Shown one piece after another: positions 1 to 14,285 of a DNA stretch of 64,000 bases. Origin of the DNA: Eledone cirrhosa. Lineage: Eukaryota. The notes under the pieces are model-generated. The model searched no databases. It saw only the letters and a list, made by a program, of their open reading frames with translations, and had not been told where the DNA came from. Positions within the stretch are counted from its first letter, which is position 1, and every line of letters begins with the position of its first letter. Location: contig OZ024743.1 in assembly GCA_964016885.1 (NCBI GenBank), positions 21,948,001 through 22,012,000 of the forward strand, read 5' to 3'. Position numbers and translations under genes: made by a program.

Positions 1-64
<64 letters not shown>

Positions 65-571
65 TATACATATATACATACATATATATATACATACATA
101 TACACATACACACACACATATATATACACACACATACTCACAACACACATATATACATATATGTACACACACACACACATACATACATATACATATATAT
201 ATACATACATATACATATATACATATATACACACATATATATATATACACACACATATATATACACACACACACATACATATACGTATATATACATAGAC
301 ACACATACCCATGTATATATACACACAACCACACACTCACACACAACTCAGACATACATAAATATAGAGACATACATACACACATATATACATATACATA
401 TATACATACATATAAATACATATACACACACATATATATACACACATATATATATATATATACATATATAAAAAAAAAAATAAATACACACAGTCAGACA
501 ATTATGCACATATATACACATACATACACACATCTCTACAAATACATATACATACACATACATACATACAC

Positions 572-641
<70 letters not shown>

Positions 642-772
642 TCTCATACTCAACAACCAAAAACATAAAACAAAATATAAGTGCTTATAATGCATAAAAA
701 TGTAAAAAAACCATAAGTATACCACCAATACATCAAACTAACCATAATATCTCCTCAAATACAGAATTAACG

Positions 773-1204
773 AAAGGTTGTAACTGTAGAAACAAAGCAA
801 ACTGCCCATTAAAAGGAAATTGTCTTGTTAACAACATAGTTTATAAATGTAAAGTTAAAACTAAAGATTCTATTTGCTCATATATAGGAGCTACTTCTAA
901 CAATTTTAAGGTAAGGTTTAATACCCACAAACATAGTTTTAAAAATGCCGCACTGGCTAATACAACATCTCTAGCAGAAAAAATTAATAGTTATAGAAAT
1001 AAGAGTATAGAATATGATATGACCTGGAGTGTGCTCAAAAGAGCCACCCCTTATCAAAATAATAGAAATGAATGTAGATTGTGTTCCCAAGAACTATTTG
1101 AAATAATGAAATCTAAGGATATCCTATTAAATAAGCGACAGGAATTAATTATATCGTGTAATCATAAACTGAGAAAAACATTTAAATATTATAAACCTAA
1201 TTAA
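773..1204 (+). pseudogene. PLE GIY-YIG endonuclease domain, probably Naiad-type (Cys-rich linker), 5'-truncated
   Basis: Manual translation in the frame of ORF 1019..1204 gives KGCNCRNKANCPLKGNCLVNNIVYKCKV...SYIGATSNNFKVRFNTHKHSF...TWSVLK...CRLCSQE...LLNKRQELIISCNH, with VY/YIG, catalytic R and E, and LN motifs. Confidence 0.85.
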
Positions 1205-2050
1205 TAATATATATTTTAGAAATTAATATATAATTTAATTTAAATGTAGTTAACCTATAATTTTAATTTAATTAAAATTCTACTACAGATGAATTTTAAA
1301 AAAATATTGTGTAATCATAAATTGTGAAAAACTTTTAAATATTATTAACATAATTAATATATACTTTGGAAATTAATTTATAGATTAATTTTAGTTTATT
1401 TAACCTTTTATTAAAATTCCTTTACAGATGAAATATAACAAAATATCGTGTAATCAATAACAGAGAAATACTTTTTAATATTATAAACCTAATTAATGTA
1501 CAATTTAGAAATTAATTTATAAATTAATTTTAATTTAGTTAACCTATAATTTTAATTTAGTTAGCTTAAAATTAAAATTCTAATACAGATGGATTGCAGA
1601 ATATCATGTAATCATAAACTGAGAAAAACTTTTAAATATATACCTAATTAATATATTCTTTACAAATAAATATATAGATTAATTTTAATTTTAGTTAACC
1701 TATAATTATATTCTACTATAGATAAAATACAAAATTTGCTTTAATTATTATAAACCTAATTAACATATACTATAGAAATTAATATATAATTTTTAATTTA
1801 GTTAACCTATAATTAATATTCTACTACCGATGAAATACTTGATTTGGCTTTCCCTATTACTAAATTCATTTCTTAAAATTGATACCATCATGTTAATATT
1901 TTTAATTTAGTTATGCTATAATTAATACTCTACTACTGTTTAACTTCAAAATTCCGCTTTAAATATTATAAACCTAAGTAGTATACACCTTGGAAATTAA
2001 TATATTAACTATTTTTACTTTAATTAACCTATAATTAATAGTCTACTTAT
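1151..2050 (+). repeat. Degenerate AT-rich tandem repeat, ~150 bp unit, shortening distally
   Basis: ATATCGTGTAATCATAAACTGAGAAAA...TAAACCTAATTAA...GTTAACCTATAATT...TTCTACTACAGATG recurs at ~1151, ~1304, ~1443 and ~1601, with partial units after that. Confidence 0.75.
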
Positions 2051-2307
2051 ATTAAAATGCATAATTTTGCCTTCTTTCTGACACTACTATGTAAACACAT
2101 ATTATGATTTAAATGCAGATTAATATTCTATGTTCCTTGAAACCTATATTTACTATTTCCTACTAATAATTTTAATCCCCCCCCCCTATAATTATTCGTA
2201 TTTGTAAGTGTGGATGTATGTATATGTATGTAAGTATGTATATATGTTTGTGTGTTTGTATGTGAGTATAAAAATACATATGTGCACATGTAAATAAGTG
2301 TGTATGA

Positions 2308-2351
<44 letters not shown>

Positions 2352-2686
2352 ATATATGTGTGTGTATATGTATTTATATGTATGTATATATGTATATGTA
2401 TATATGTGTGTATGTATGTCTCTATATTTATGTATGTCTGAGTTGTGTGTGAGTGTGTGGTTGTGTGTATATATACATGGGTATGTGTGTCTATGTATAT
2501 ATACGTATACGTATGTGTGTGTGTGTATATATATGTGTGTGTATATATATATGTGTGTATATATGTATATATGTATATGTATGTATATATATATGTATAT
2601 GTATGTATGTGTGTGTGTGTGTGTACATATATGTATATATGTGTGTTGTGAGTATGTGTGTGTATATATATGTGTGTGTGTATGTG

Positions 2687-2717
<31 letters not shown>

Positions 2718-2722
2718 GTATA

Positions 2723-2798
<76 letters not shown>

Positions 2799-3408
2799 TG
2801 TATTTATATGTATGAGTATATCTTTTACTTGTTTATTTCTTTTAATATATTTCTTTTTATTTCTAAATTTATAGATACATTTTTATAAATATGCTGAGTC
2901 TGACACCCTCTGTAATTTACTTACTCCCTTACCTATTTTTAGTTCTGCATCTAGATGTAAGTGTATGTGGCCGTGTTTATGTGTGCGCCTCAATATCCAT
3001 ATAGTTATAATAATAATATATACGTATGTGTGTGTGTGAGTGTCTATGTGTGTGTGTGTTCGTGGGTATGTGTATGTGTATGTGTATATGCGTGTGTGTG
3101 TATGAATGTATGTATATGTGTGTATATATGAGTGTATATATGTATGTATACATATGTGTATTTTGTCTGTGGATTATAAACATACAGAGACATTAGCCCT
3201 GAATTTTTGTATTTACATACACTTTTTCGACATGCGTATGCATGTGAACATACATTTTTATGCATATCTGTGAACGAAGTTACTTACATATATACACACA
3301 CCTAACTGTATTTTCTTGATGTATTTTTATGTATTTCATTGGTCTATTTAAAATCTGTTCCCAAACAGACCTGTAATTTTGAATTGTTGTTATTATCAAT
3401 AAATATAC

Positions 3409-3561
3409 TTCATTATTTCTGAAGACGGCATATGTATGTGTTGGTATGTATATTCTATTTGATAGTTTGTATAATTTTGTATAATTTTGTACATAGATCT
3501 TTTGAATATGCATGCCAATTCTAACACATATATGTCCTAGAAACGATCGTTAAATAATGAA
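3409..3561 (+). ncRNA. Type I hammerhead ribozyme motif
   Basis: Stem I TTCATTATTT/AAATAATGAA (10 bp); core CTGAAGA; long stem II GGCATATGTATGTGTTGG/CTAACACATATATGTCC; GAAAC-GATC-GT palindromic stem III; GUU site. Confidence 0.75.
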
Positions 3562-3615
3562 CTTTTTTTGTTTAATATAAGGAACTGTTTCATTGTTTTA
3601 TTCATTATTTTTTTA

Positions 3616-3680
<65 letters not shown>

Positions 3681-3849
3681 CGTCTAACTACCTCCAGTCT
3701 AATAATTCTCTGGTGAAAATTGACATATTTTATGTTAGAAAGAAAGAAAAACAAATTGAAAATTTTTTAATAATTTCTTATTTTACTTAAATGTAAATAG
3801 ATTTAAATTTAGATATATTTTATCTTGGTAATGTGTAATGTTACTCGAT

Positions 3850-4098
3850 AGAGTGCATGGCTCGGAGATGAGAGAACCGCTTCAGGTAAAGCCGCCACTT
3901 TTCCAAATTGAAAGATCATATCTCAGATACGATGGACTGATTTTACGGGCAAAACCAACCGGCATGAACCCTCAGGTAGACACTGAACAAGATGGATTAC
4001 ATCCATGAGCTCGGCTGGTCTCGCTCGAGGACCCAGGCAGATTCATGACCCTCATACGACCTTCCTTGGAAGAAGAAGAAGAAGAAGAAGAAGAAGAA
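3850..4098 (+). mobile_element. RTE (Expander/Rex3-like) LINE 3' fragment with (GAA)n tail
   Basis: Degenerate translation RVHGSEMREPLQVKPPLFQIERSYLRY...AKPTG...DYIHELGWSR followed by (GAA)n. Confidence 0.6.
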
Positions 4099-5669
4099 TA
4101 TTCATAATTATTTGACGTAAATGAAAATAGGTTCAAATAAGTAATTTTATTAAAAAAATGTGAAATTGTTTTTGGTCTGCCAGTACGAGCTAAATTTATA
4201 GAACATGCAGGACGGAGTTCAGATTTCATTTTATTTTTAAACCTATTTTTCTATCTTTAGCGACAATTGTAAATGCTGACTTTAAACTCGTGGTAATATC
4301 ATTTAAAACTTTATTTTTAAAACTAATCTTTCTCATTTTTTGAAAAAATTATAAAAGTACATTTTTGCCCTCCAACCGAAGATTGAAAGCCTATTCCAAT
4401 CTACATATATAAATAAATATACTCATAAGACAACTTCCATGTTATCAATTTTTTTTTAAATGGATATATTTAAACATATTTTAATATTTGAAAAATATGT
4501 AAAAAGGTTTAAATATGTAATTGAATTAACATTTTTCAAGCTTTTTGGTCTATTTTTGTATTTAAACCTAGAGAACAATCTAGATGGGTTTGAAGTTTCT
4601 CATTGGTTTTTAAAACTTTTCCCACCTAGATCTAGCGGTAAATATATATGCCCGATATGTACAAGTGGTAACATCTCTACAGATAGGGCACATACACAAA
4701 GACGCACGCACTCTTTACAATTAGAAGTCCAACATACACACATATATACCAAAGGCAGTAAACTATCGCTCTAAATACTTAATATAGGAAAGTATGTCTG
4801 TTGATGTCAAAAGTCCACCAGATTTATTGTTTTTACTGTACAAAATACAGTACGTGAGCATTATATGAAATTTTAAAATCATAACAGGAAATAGGATATT
4901 TTTACTTCCTTGTTGGCAGTGTAGTTGAAGAGTACATTCGGGGACCAGATAGCACCGAATCACACGGTAATTTGCCTGTACTCTTCTGGTCCTCATTATT
5001 GAGGGTCTGTGACCATGGACAATCTATATGTCCACGATTCTTATGGGGAAAAAAGTAACATTGGTGGGTCCCAAATCCTCGCTCGACCATTACTCGGGAG
5101 CTGGCTACCAATTCGCAGCTCATCAGCCTTCATCATAAGTTACTAAGGAGTCCCACCTACCCCACTTTTGAAATTAGAGTAATCCTTTTCCTAGATATAG
5201 TGCCAATCAAGGCTCTGTCTACTCGCATTGGATGGCCACTGACTCTCCTGAGTTACTCCACTTTTTAATGTATTTTTTTGTTCATCCTGCACGGTGTCCA
5301 AAAATACCCATCCTTATCAAGCAAGCTTGATGGGTTGCCGATTTCGTTGCCGACGACCGGACCATGCAACAGGTTATACTGCGAAAAATAAAATAAAAAA
5401 ATAAAAATTCCATATTTTAATAAAAATACTTATTTAAACGTATTTTATTTACGACCTGGTCCTATTATCGAGATAATATTAAAAAACGAGCTCTTTAAAA
5501 TAAAAATACTTGAAACACAATCTCCGATTTATATTCTCCGAACACATAGATGCACTCACACTATCCACATGAGAACCACCAGGTTAATAGTTCTACTATT
5601 AAAATTGATATACTTAAACCTATTTGATTGTTTGACTTAAATGAAAAAAGTTTGAAATATATATATCTA

Positions 5670-6225
5670 ATATTGGTTTCTGATTTAGGCACAAGGTCAG
5701 CAATTTTGTGGGAGGGGGAGTCGATTAGATCTACCCAGTACATTACTGGTACTTTATTTTGTCGACCCTATAAGGATGAAAGACAAAGCTAACCTTGGCA
5801 GGATTTAAACTCTGATCGTAAAGGGCAGTAACTCTATGCCATAAAACATGTAGACCGACGCTCCACCGACACTGCGAATCCACCGCCATATATATATATA
5901 TATAATATTAAAATATTACTGGTCTGTTCGTAAAACTTTGATCTAATGAGCATCCTAGTTGAGTTCCAAATTTCACGCCATCTTCTGAAAACATTTTCCT
6001 TGCACAAACAATAAATGTACATGTTTGATTTGAACTCGTAATAATTGTTTCTACTTTTGGCACAAGGCCAGCAATTACCCAGTACATTACTGGTACTTTA
6101 TTTTATCGACCCCGTCAGGATGAAAGGCAAAGTTAACCTCGGCGGGATTTGAACTCAGATCGTAAAGAGACGTAACTATGCTGGAAAGCATGGCGTCCGA
6201 CTCTCTACCGATACTGCCAATTCGA
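5670..6225 (-). mobile_element. Two copies of the dominant tRNA-derived SINE (5670-5890, 6040-6225)
   Basis: Minus strand shows an A-box-like TGGCAGTATCGG, B box GAGTTCAAATCC, central GCCTTTCATCCT...GGGGTCGATAAAATAAAGTACCAG (Meta/MESC-like domain, from memory) and an ATT tail. Confidence 0.8.
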
Positions 6226-6752
6226 ACTCGTAATAATACCACTTAATACTATTTCTAAAACTCTATTTTCCACCTCTAGATGATACTTACACACAAATAT
6301 ACACAAACCTAGTTAACTCACTATTTAAGCCAATCATAGATGGGAATGTCTCGGTTAATGTCAAAAGTACTTTAATTCCAGTGGGCATTTTTATTGTTTT
6401 TAAGGTAAAAGATAATTACTTATAAAATATAGAACATAATATAGAACTGAATTACAATAAGAACAATATTTTTACTTCGTTGTTGACAGTAGAGCTGAAT
6501 AGTCTCTCTCTCTAAAAGGGAGGGTGGGCCAGTAAGAATAACAAGGACATAAATCATCATAGTGGAGAGATTGAGAGAAGAAACATTCAATATATAAGAG
6601 GCAGGTCTGAAATATAAATATAATAATCATCTATAGTGTAGCTAGTGTGTACCATCCTGATCAGCCTTTGAGTTTTCCACCTTCATCTAAAACAAATACA
6701 ATATATTGCTCAGTGACTTCTTAAAGTTATATAAATATATATATATACATTA

Positions 6753-6948
6753 TAGACCTGTCAACTCTCCCCGTCCGATGGAGAGATCTCACACTCACCT
6801 TGGGGTGGGTGAGAGATATCTTCTCTTGTGTAAATGGGTATACCTTTCATTACGTAAAATCTCCCCTTTTTTGTTTCATTTTTCCCCACTTAGGGGCATT
6901 GTTTTTCATGGTACTCCCCGTTTGGGTTTTTAGAGGTTGGCAGGTCTG
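6753..6948. mobile_element. MITE, hAT-like termini
   Basis: TIRs AGACCTGTCAAC / GTTGGCAGGTCT (1 mismatch); ACATTA is repeated on both flanks. Confidence 0.6.
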
Positions 6949-7099
6949 ACATTAACTAACAAACATTAAAACCATTTAAATTTCAATACAGCTTGTATAG
7001 GCTTATACAACAGACCCAAATAAACCGTCCCCATAAGAGTGCCATCTGATGCGTACCGACTCCTTCACCCCCAGCTACACTCCGCATAAAATAAAGAAG

Positions 7100-7555
7100 T
7101 AGAGATTGAAGAAAAGCGGAGAGACATCGTGCATCAAGTACTAAGTAGATGAGAAGCAATAGAGTACTTTAGATTGCTGATGCAACAACAGTAAGACCGG
7201 CTCAAGAGGTTCAAGTTCATCGACTCATATGATTTCTAGAGACACTTGAGCAAAACAGAGAAAGATATCTGAAAAGAAAGAATATAGCTAATAATGAAGA
7301 AAGATCTTAGCACAGGTAAGACACAGAACAACAATTGAAGTGTAAAATGAAAACCCGAAGAAGAAACAGAAAAAACGAATAAAGAAATTAGGCAACGAAA
7401 GGCAATTAGACTTGCTAATGAGATTCAAAAGCAAAGAACAAATTAAATTTGAGAATCTCAGATAAATAACTGCTACAAGATTAGAAAATGACACTAAAGA
7501 ATAAAGAAAGGCATGATAAGCAAATGAAAGGATAAGAGACGATGAGAGAATACTA
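7100..7555 (+). pseudogene. Degenerate Helitron N-terminal charged (STPR-like) repeat region
   Basis: Purine-rich frames giving ETLEQNRER, RLANE and TRLEND; lies upstream of the Helitron Zn-finger fragment at 8531-8870. Confidence 0.35.
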
Positions 7556-7572
7556 AGTTATATATACAAACA

Positions 7573-8250
<678 letters not shown>

Positions 8251-8375
8251 TATATATATATATATGTAAAAGTTTATCCCGGGTTCAATCGGGGGGGGGG
8301 GTAACCACAGTAAGTAAGGTACTCAATACAAAGCAGAGTATACATATTTAATATAGAAAAGCTTTTCTATATTAA

Positions 8376-8421
<46 letters not shown>

Positions 8422-8530
8422 ATGAAGATATTGAAGTGCTTAGAAGGCGAAGCAAGTTAGACATGATAGGATATAATACATAAATATATTAACATTTTTT
8501 TCTAAAATAAATACGGAACATAAATCCCGT

Positions 8531-8870
8531 GGAGAATTTAATGTAAAATGTCAGTTTTGTTGAGTAAAGAACTTTCTTGGTGAGAAACCCACCAATAGCT
8601 TATTTAATAACTGCTGCGATGAAGGTAAAGGTCACATCCCCCAACGGCAATCTTTCCGAAATACATGAAGCATATTATGTGCTAATCAGGTCATCCTCAT
8701 TATTCCAAGTTTAAGTACAACTTGGCCCATTCGTCTGCTTAAAATGGGACTCTGTTAACTGAGACATATGGACAATAACGTACATGGCTACATTTATCAT
8801 TGCAATTCTAATATGTGCCCTACAGAAGGAGATGAATGATAATTTGCTCAAGTGTATGTTATCGATTCAT
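8531..8870 (+). pseudogene. Helitron RepHel N-terminal fragment (Zn finger and Helitron_like_N-upstream motifs)
   Basis: Translates as GEFNVKCQFC*VKNFLGEKPTNSLFNNCCDEGK...KYNLAH...VHGYIYHCNSNMCPTEGDE**FAQVYVIDS, matching the Helitron CxxC..CCxxGK and HGQxYH..FAQxYxxD motifs; contains stops. Confidence 0.7.
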
Positions 8871-9074
8871 CAATAGCTAATCACCAAACTAATGTAAGAT
8901 GTCTGTTTGAAATTATGGAATTGTGTAAATAAATTAGTGATTACCAGTGAATAATTTGGTAATTTCATTCAATACGTTATAATTCTATAAATATTAATAT
9001 TTTCATTTTATATTAATTTGAATACGACACACAAAAGAACAAAATATTTAAACACACACTCTTTAAAACAATAG

Positions 9075-9672
9075 AATAATGGTTTCAAGTTAAGGTACTA
9101 GAACAGGGCTTTGGGGACAGAGTAAAGTCGATTATATCGACATAAGCATTTGACTGGTACGTATTTTATTGACCCTGGAAGAATAAAAGGCAAAGTTGAT
9201 TTTAGCGTGATTTGAATATAAAGTGCCGTAACTAAATGCCGCCAAAATTTTGTCCGACGCACCGATGATTCTACCAATCTGCCGTCTTAACGATTAACAC
9301 CTGCCTGACCGAAAATAATGATTTCTACTTTAGGCACAAGGCCAGCAATTTTGGGGAGGGGAAAGTCGATTATATCGACTCCCGTACTTTACAGGTACTT
9401 TATTTTATCGATCTCAGAAGGATGAAAGGTAAAGTTGACTCTGGTGCTATTTGAACTTAGAAAGTAAAGAGCCACAACAATTAACGCGGAAGCATTTTGT
9501 CCGATGCTCTATCAACAGCTATATAATAATTGATTCTAGTTTAGGCACAAGGTCAGCAATTACCCCAGTGCATTACTGGTGCTTTATTTTATCGACCCCG
9601 TAAAGGGCCGTAAATCTATGCTGCAGAGCATAGCGTCCGATCCTCTACCGATACTATCAATCCACCGCCCTT
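9075..9672 (-). mobile_element. Cluster of three tRNA-derived SINE copies
   Basis: GGCACAAGGCCAGCAATT...GGTACTTTATTTTATCGAC...GATGAAAGG...TTTGAAC pattern at ~9075-9290, 9315-9510 and 9525-9672. Confidence 0.75.
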
Positions 9673-10397
9673 AAAAGCTATATAATAATATGAACTTATC
9701 AATTCCACATGCCGTTATTGTAACGATTCTGGTACACTAAGTACATAAATAATTTGTTTATTTTGCTTAGTACTATTTAGTGTAAAATAGATAAAATTAG
9801 AAAAACGGGTCATAGTTTATGTAAATACGATTAGCAAGGTAATATAACTGAAATAGGCCAAAAGCATGAATTTAGATAATTATGTTAGAGATGTACTGAA
9901 TGCTGTATGCAAAATATTTTTGGCTTATAATGTTTAATAAACCGAAGTATGTCCATAGTTGTCCCTTGCCTGCAAACAAATCTCTTTTTTTTTTAATCTT
10001 AAGCATTAAATTATATTCAAGAGATTAACACCTAATATACGTATTGAACATATCTTCCCTTTGCTCCGTCAGTCGTTAATAATCGCTGCAAGATTTGAGT
10101 TAACTTCTTCCAACTTTTAAATTTCAATTAATCACTCCTTGTTTTTTGCGTACATCATTGCGTACGTCATTCAATCCTCAAGTTAATTATCTAACTTTAT
10201 GTCTTTGGCCTATTTGAATAGCCCTCCTTAGCCCATAAAAAAAAATGCTAACTATGTCACCTGATCAATGGGTCTGGTTAAATTATGACACTTGTGGGGT
10301 CTAATAGACCGAAATATGCTTGTAGCTGTTTCTTGCTTGCGAAGAACGAACAGAGTTTCCTTTTCCTAAGAATTTTAATTTATTTTGAGAGATTGCC

Positions 10398-10460
<63 letters not shown>

Positions 10461-10463
<3 letters not shown>

Positions 10464-10980
10464 TTTCTGAATTTGTTTAGCAAGATTCTTTATCTGAAAA
10501 CGTGTGTTGAAACCGATATTGTTATACTTTGGGAGGGTCATGTTGCCAATAAGAAACACACGCACCAGTTGCTTTCACTTCAATTTATTATAATAAATTT
10601 ATAAATTTAGGAATTTATAAATTTCCGGTTGGTTGGTTGGTTCCACAACCAGATGGTTGTTTATATATTGTCAAAGTTCTTTCGTCACACATTCTGTGAC
10701 CTCTTCAGTGACTGGGGATTCTTCAACAAAATGGCGTAGGACAGAACAAAGGAGAGGCACAAAAACAAAGAAAAGAATCCCCAGTCACTGAAGAGGTCAC
10801 AGAATGTGTGACGAAAGAACTTTGACAATATATAAACAACCATCTGGTTGTGGAACCAACCAACCAACCGGAAATTTATAAATTCCTAAATTTATAAATT
10901 TATTATAATAAATTGAAGTGAAAGCAACTAGTGCGTGTGTTTCTTATTGGCAACATGAGCCTCCCAAAGTATAACAATAT
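10461..10980. mobile_element. Fold-back hammerhead element: ~208 bp inverted arms (10516-10723/10773-10980), 49 nt spacer, in (TA)n
   Basis: Near-perfect inverted arms, each containing the hammerhead motif; TA tracts on both sides. Confidence 0.85.
10784..10826 (+). ncRNA. Minimal type I hammerhead motif (mirror copy 10670-10712 on minus)
   Basis: GTCA-CTGAAGA-G-GTCAC...GTGAC-GAAAGAACTT-TGAC; CUU site; very short stem III. Confidence 0.65.
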
Positions 10981-10993
10981 ATATATATATATA

Positions 10994-11136
10994 TAGAATA
11001 GAAAACGAAAAATCAGTTCAGAAGCATCACTGACTTTTCGTTTTCTATTCTATCATACTCTGCTCTGTAAGAGCATAGAGTGCTCAACCGGCATACCGCC
11101 TATGGAAGCTTCTTAGCTACCATCAGACACACATAT

Positions 11137-11233
<97 letters not shown>

Positions 11234-11356
11234 ATGTGTGTGTGTGTCTGATGGTATGCCGGTTGAGCACTCTATGCTCTTACAGAGCAGAGCATGATAG
11301 AATAGAAAACGAAAAGTCAGTGATGCTTCTGAACTGATTTTTCGTTTTCTATTCTA
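10994..11356. repeat. Inverted repeat (10994-11097/11253-11356) centred on a TA/TG microsatellite; each arm has an internal ~24 bp hairpin
   Basis: TAGAATAGAAAACGAAAAATCAGT...ACTGACTTTTCGTTTTCTATTCTA and its mirror image. Confidence 0.85.
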
Positions 11357-11359
11357 TAT

Positions 11360-11867
<508 letters not shown>

Positions 11868-11934
11868 TATATATATATATATTCTATATATATATATTCT
11901 ATATATATATATATATGTGTGTGTGTATGTGTGG

Positions 11935-12110
11935 ATGTCCGTCAGTTTCAACGATTCCATTAGTATTCCAGGTGTCTCATCAATGGAACAGACTGCTCCT
12001 GTATCAACATGCAAGTGGCTGAACATTCCATAGACAAGTGTACCCTTAACGTAATTCTCAGGGAGATTTAGTGTGATAGTGGGACAAGGTAGACCCTTGA
12101 ACTGGAAGTA
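11935..12110 (-). mobile_element. Second SINE family fragment (also 14545-14830; head at 16093-16210 on +)
   Basis: Shared CAA(C/T)GGAACAG...AAGTGGCTGA...CCA(C/T)AGACA.GTGTACC; the copy at 16093 has a GGCTTAGTGG A box and a GTTCAATTC B box. Confidence 0.6.
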
Positions 12111-13429
12111 CAGTCAATCGGGTTTCCACACGGTTTCCATCTACGCATTTTCACTTGCAAGGCTTGCGTCGACTCGAGACTCTGTCAAATGTCATTCACT
12201 CAAGATCGAATCTGGGACCTAATGATTGCGAAACGAATTATATAATTACTCCTATATAAATACACATTTTCTCACTAAAATACAACGTGAAAAGCCGTCA
12301 TGAGCCATATAAATTGAGTTTACGGAACCTCAAATCAAAATATATGGTACTTATATGGTACACTGTAAACGTTGGTTGTAAAAAAATGGAGGTGCGACTC
12401 ATCAATCGGTGCAACATGAGTATATATGGTAATTTGTTGAAATTTTCTTTGAGATTTGGAAATAATTACCACTATCTTTCTGTTTTCTTTCTCTAACTAA
12501 AAGGAACATTTCCGTAAATCCATCGTATTTTTACGTACATATTTCAATGCATCACTCTAAGTATATTTAATATTGTTGCTGAAGATAGTCTGAATGAAAA
12601 CCGAATTCTAAATCTATCATTCCCATTCAGCATTTATATATATCACTTAGATAATGGAAGAATCGAGAGTGTACAATTTTAGGGATGTGCTTAGAACATC
12701 AGTCAGCCTTAATGCGGCCCTGACTACACATTTATTTCATATGCATTTTTTCTCTGCACCAAAGTTAGAAGTTGGTGTGATTTATTATAATTGCAACTAC
12801 ATATTATACCGGCCTTAAAATGATATGAGATGTTATGCTGACTTCTACAGAGTTTAAATTCACTGTCATAAGAAAACGAAACTGAAATGTAATACAGTTA
12901 TTCAATCCGATTGTCATATTTGTATCATTTCATAGGAATTATACGATATGGCATAAATATATCATATCATATAATTACAAACATATGACAGTATGATATC
13001 CGATATGATAGGGCATATAACATATAATAAAATGAAAATCCGAGGTGAGTTGTAAAACAAAATTGGGGCTATATGGTTCGGAGTGGTTACATCACCACAT
13101 GGTTTGGTGTAGTGTCTGCAATGTAGTGGCTGCAAGGTTCGGGCTGGTTAAATAAATACATGGTGTGTGTGTATGCGAGGTGGGGTGGGGGAACTTAAGG
13201 CTTGCCTTGGGAGGCACATACTCTAGCTTCGCTGTGCTTTGAGGTAAAATTCCCTCGAGGTCAACTTTACCTTTCACCCTCCCGAGGTTGATAAATAATG
13301 ACTGATCCCCCTCTCTCTCCGTCTCTCTCTCGCCTTCGAATTGGCTCCGGTGAGCCGCAAGAAAGGTCGTGGGAGATCGCTCACACCATCCCTTAAAGAA
13401 GTGTTGAGTGAAGAGATAGCAACTCCACA

Positions 13430-13513
<84 letters not shown>

Positions 13514-13585
13514 GTGGTAGAACACTGGAAGGTAATATCCGTAGTGGTAGAGCCCTCAGACCTTAGCGGATCCTCAGCTCGTAAG

Positions 13586-13621
13586 GAGCTGAGGATCCGC
13601 TAAGGTGAAACAATTGTTCTC
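13586..13621 (+). ncRNA. Minimal type I hammerhead motif preceded by a perfect 20 bp inverted copy of its 5' half
   Basis: GAG-CTGAGGA-TCC-GCTAA-GGT-GAAAC-AATT-GTT-CTC; 13561-13580 is the reverse complement of 13586-13605. Confidence 0.65.
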
Positions 13622-13662
13622 GGTATGGTGAACTAACTGTTGTGTAACCACTTATATATATA

Positions 13663-14285
<623 letters not shown>

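Larger units (their letters stand above)
1..2790. repeat. Inverted repeat of a complex TA/CA microsatellite (1-~470 vs ~2320-2790)
   Basis: ORFs 138..344(-) and 2445..2651(+) are near-identical; unique words such as CACAACTCAGACATAC / GTATGTCTGAGTTGTG mirror each other. Confidence 0.85.
640..3622 (+). mobile_element. 5'-truncated Penelope-like retroelement: GIY-YIG 3' end, tandem-repeat/microsatellite 3' region, hammerhead motif, ending in (TA)n
   Basis: GIY-YIG reading frame at ~773-1204, hammerhead at 3409-3561, and an inverted copy of its 2320-2790 segment at 1-470, resembling the inverted pseudo-LTR layout of PLEs. Boundaries are approximate. Confidence 0.75.

Noticed and set aside
1151-2050. 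CRISPR-like array
   Set aside because: Long degenerate units without unique spacers, in a eukaryotic context with no cas genes.
5095-5135. CTGATGA-GCTG...CAGC on minus as a hammerhead
   Set aside because: No GAAA after the stem and no stem III or stem I closure.
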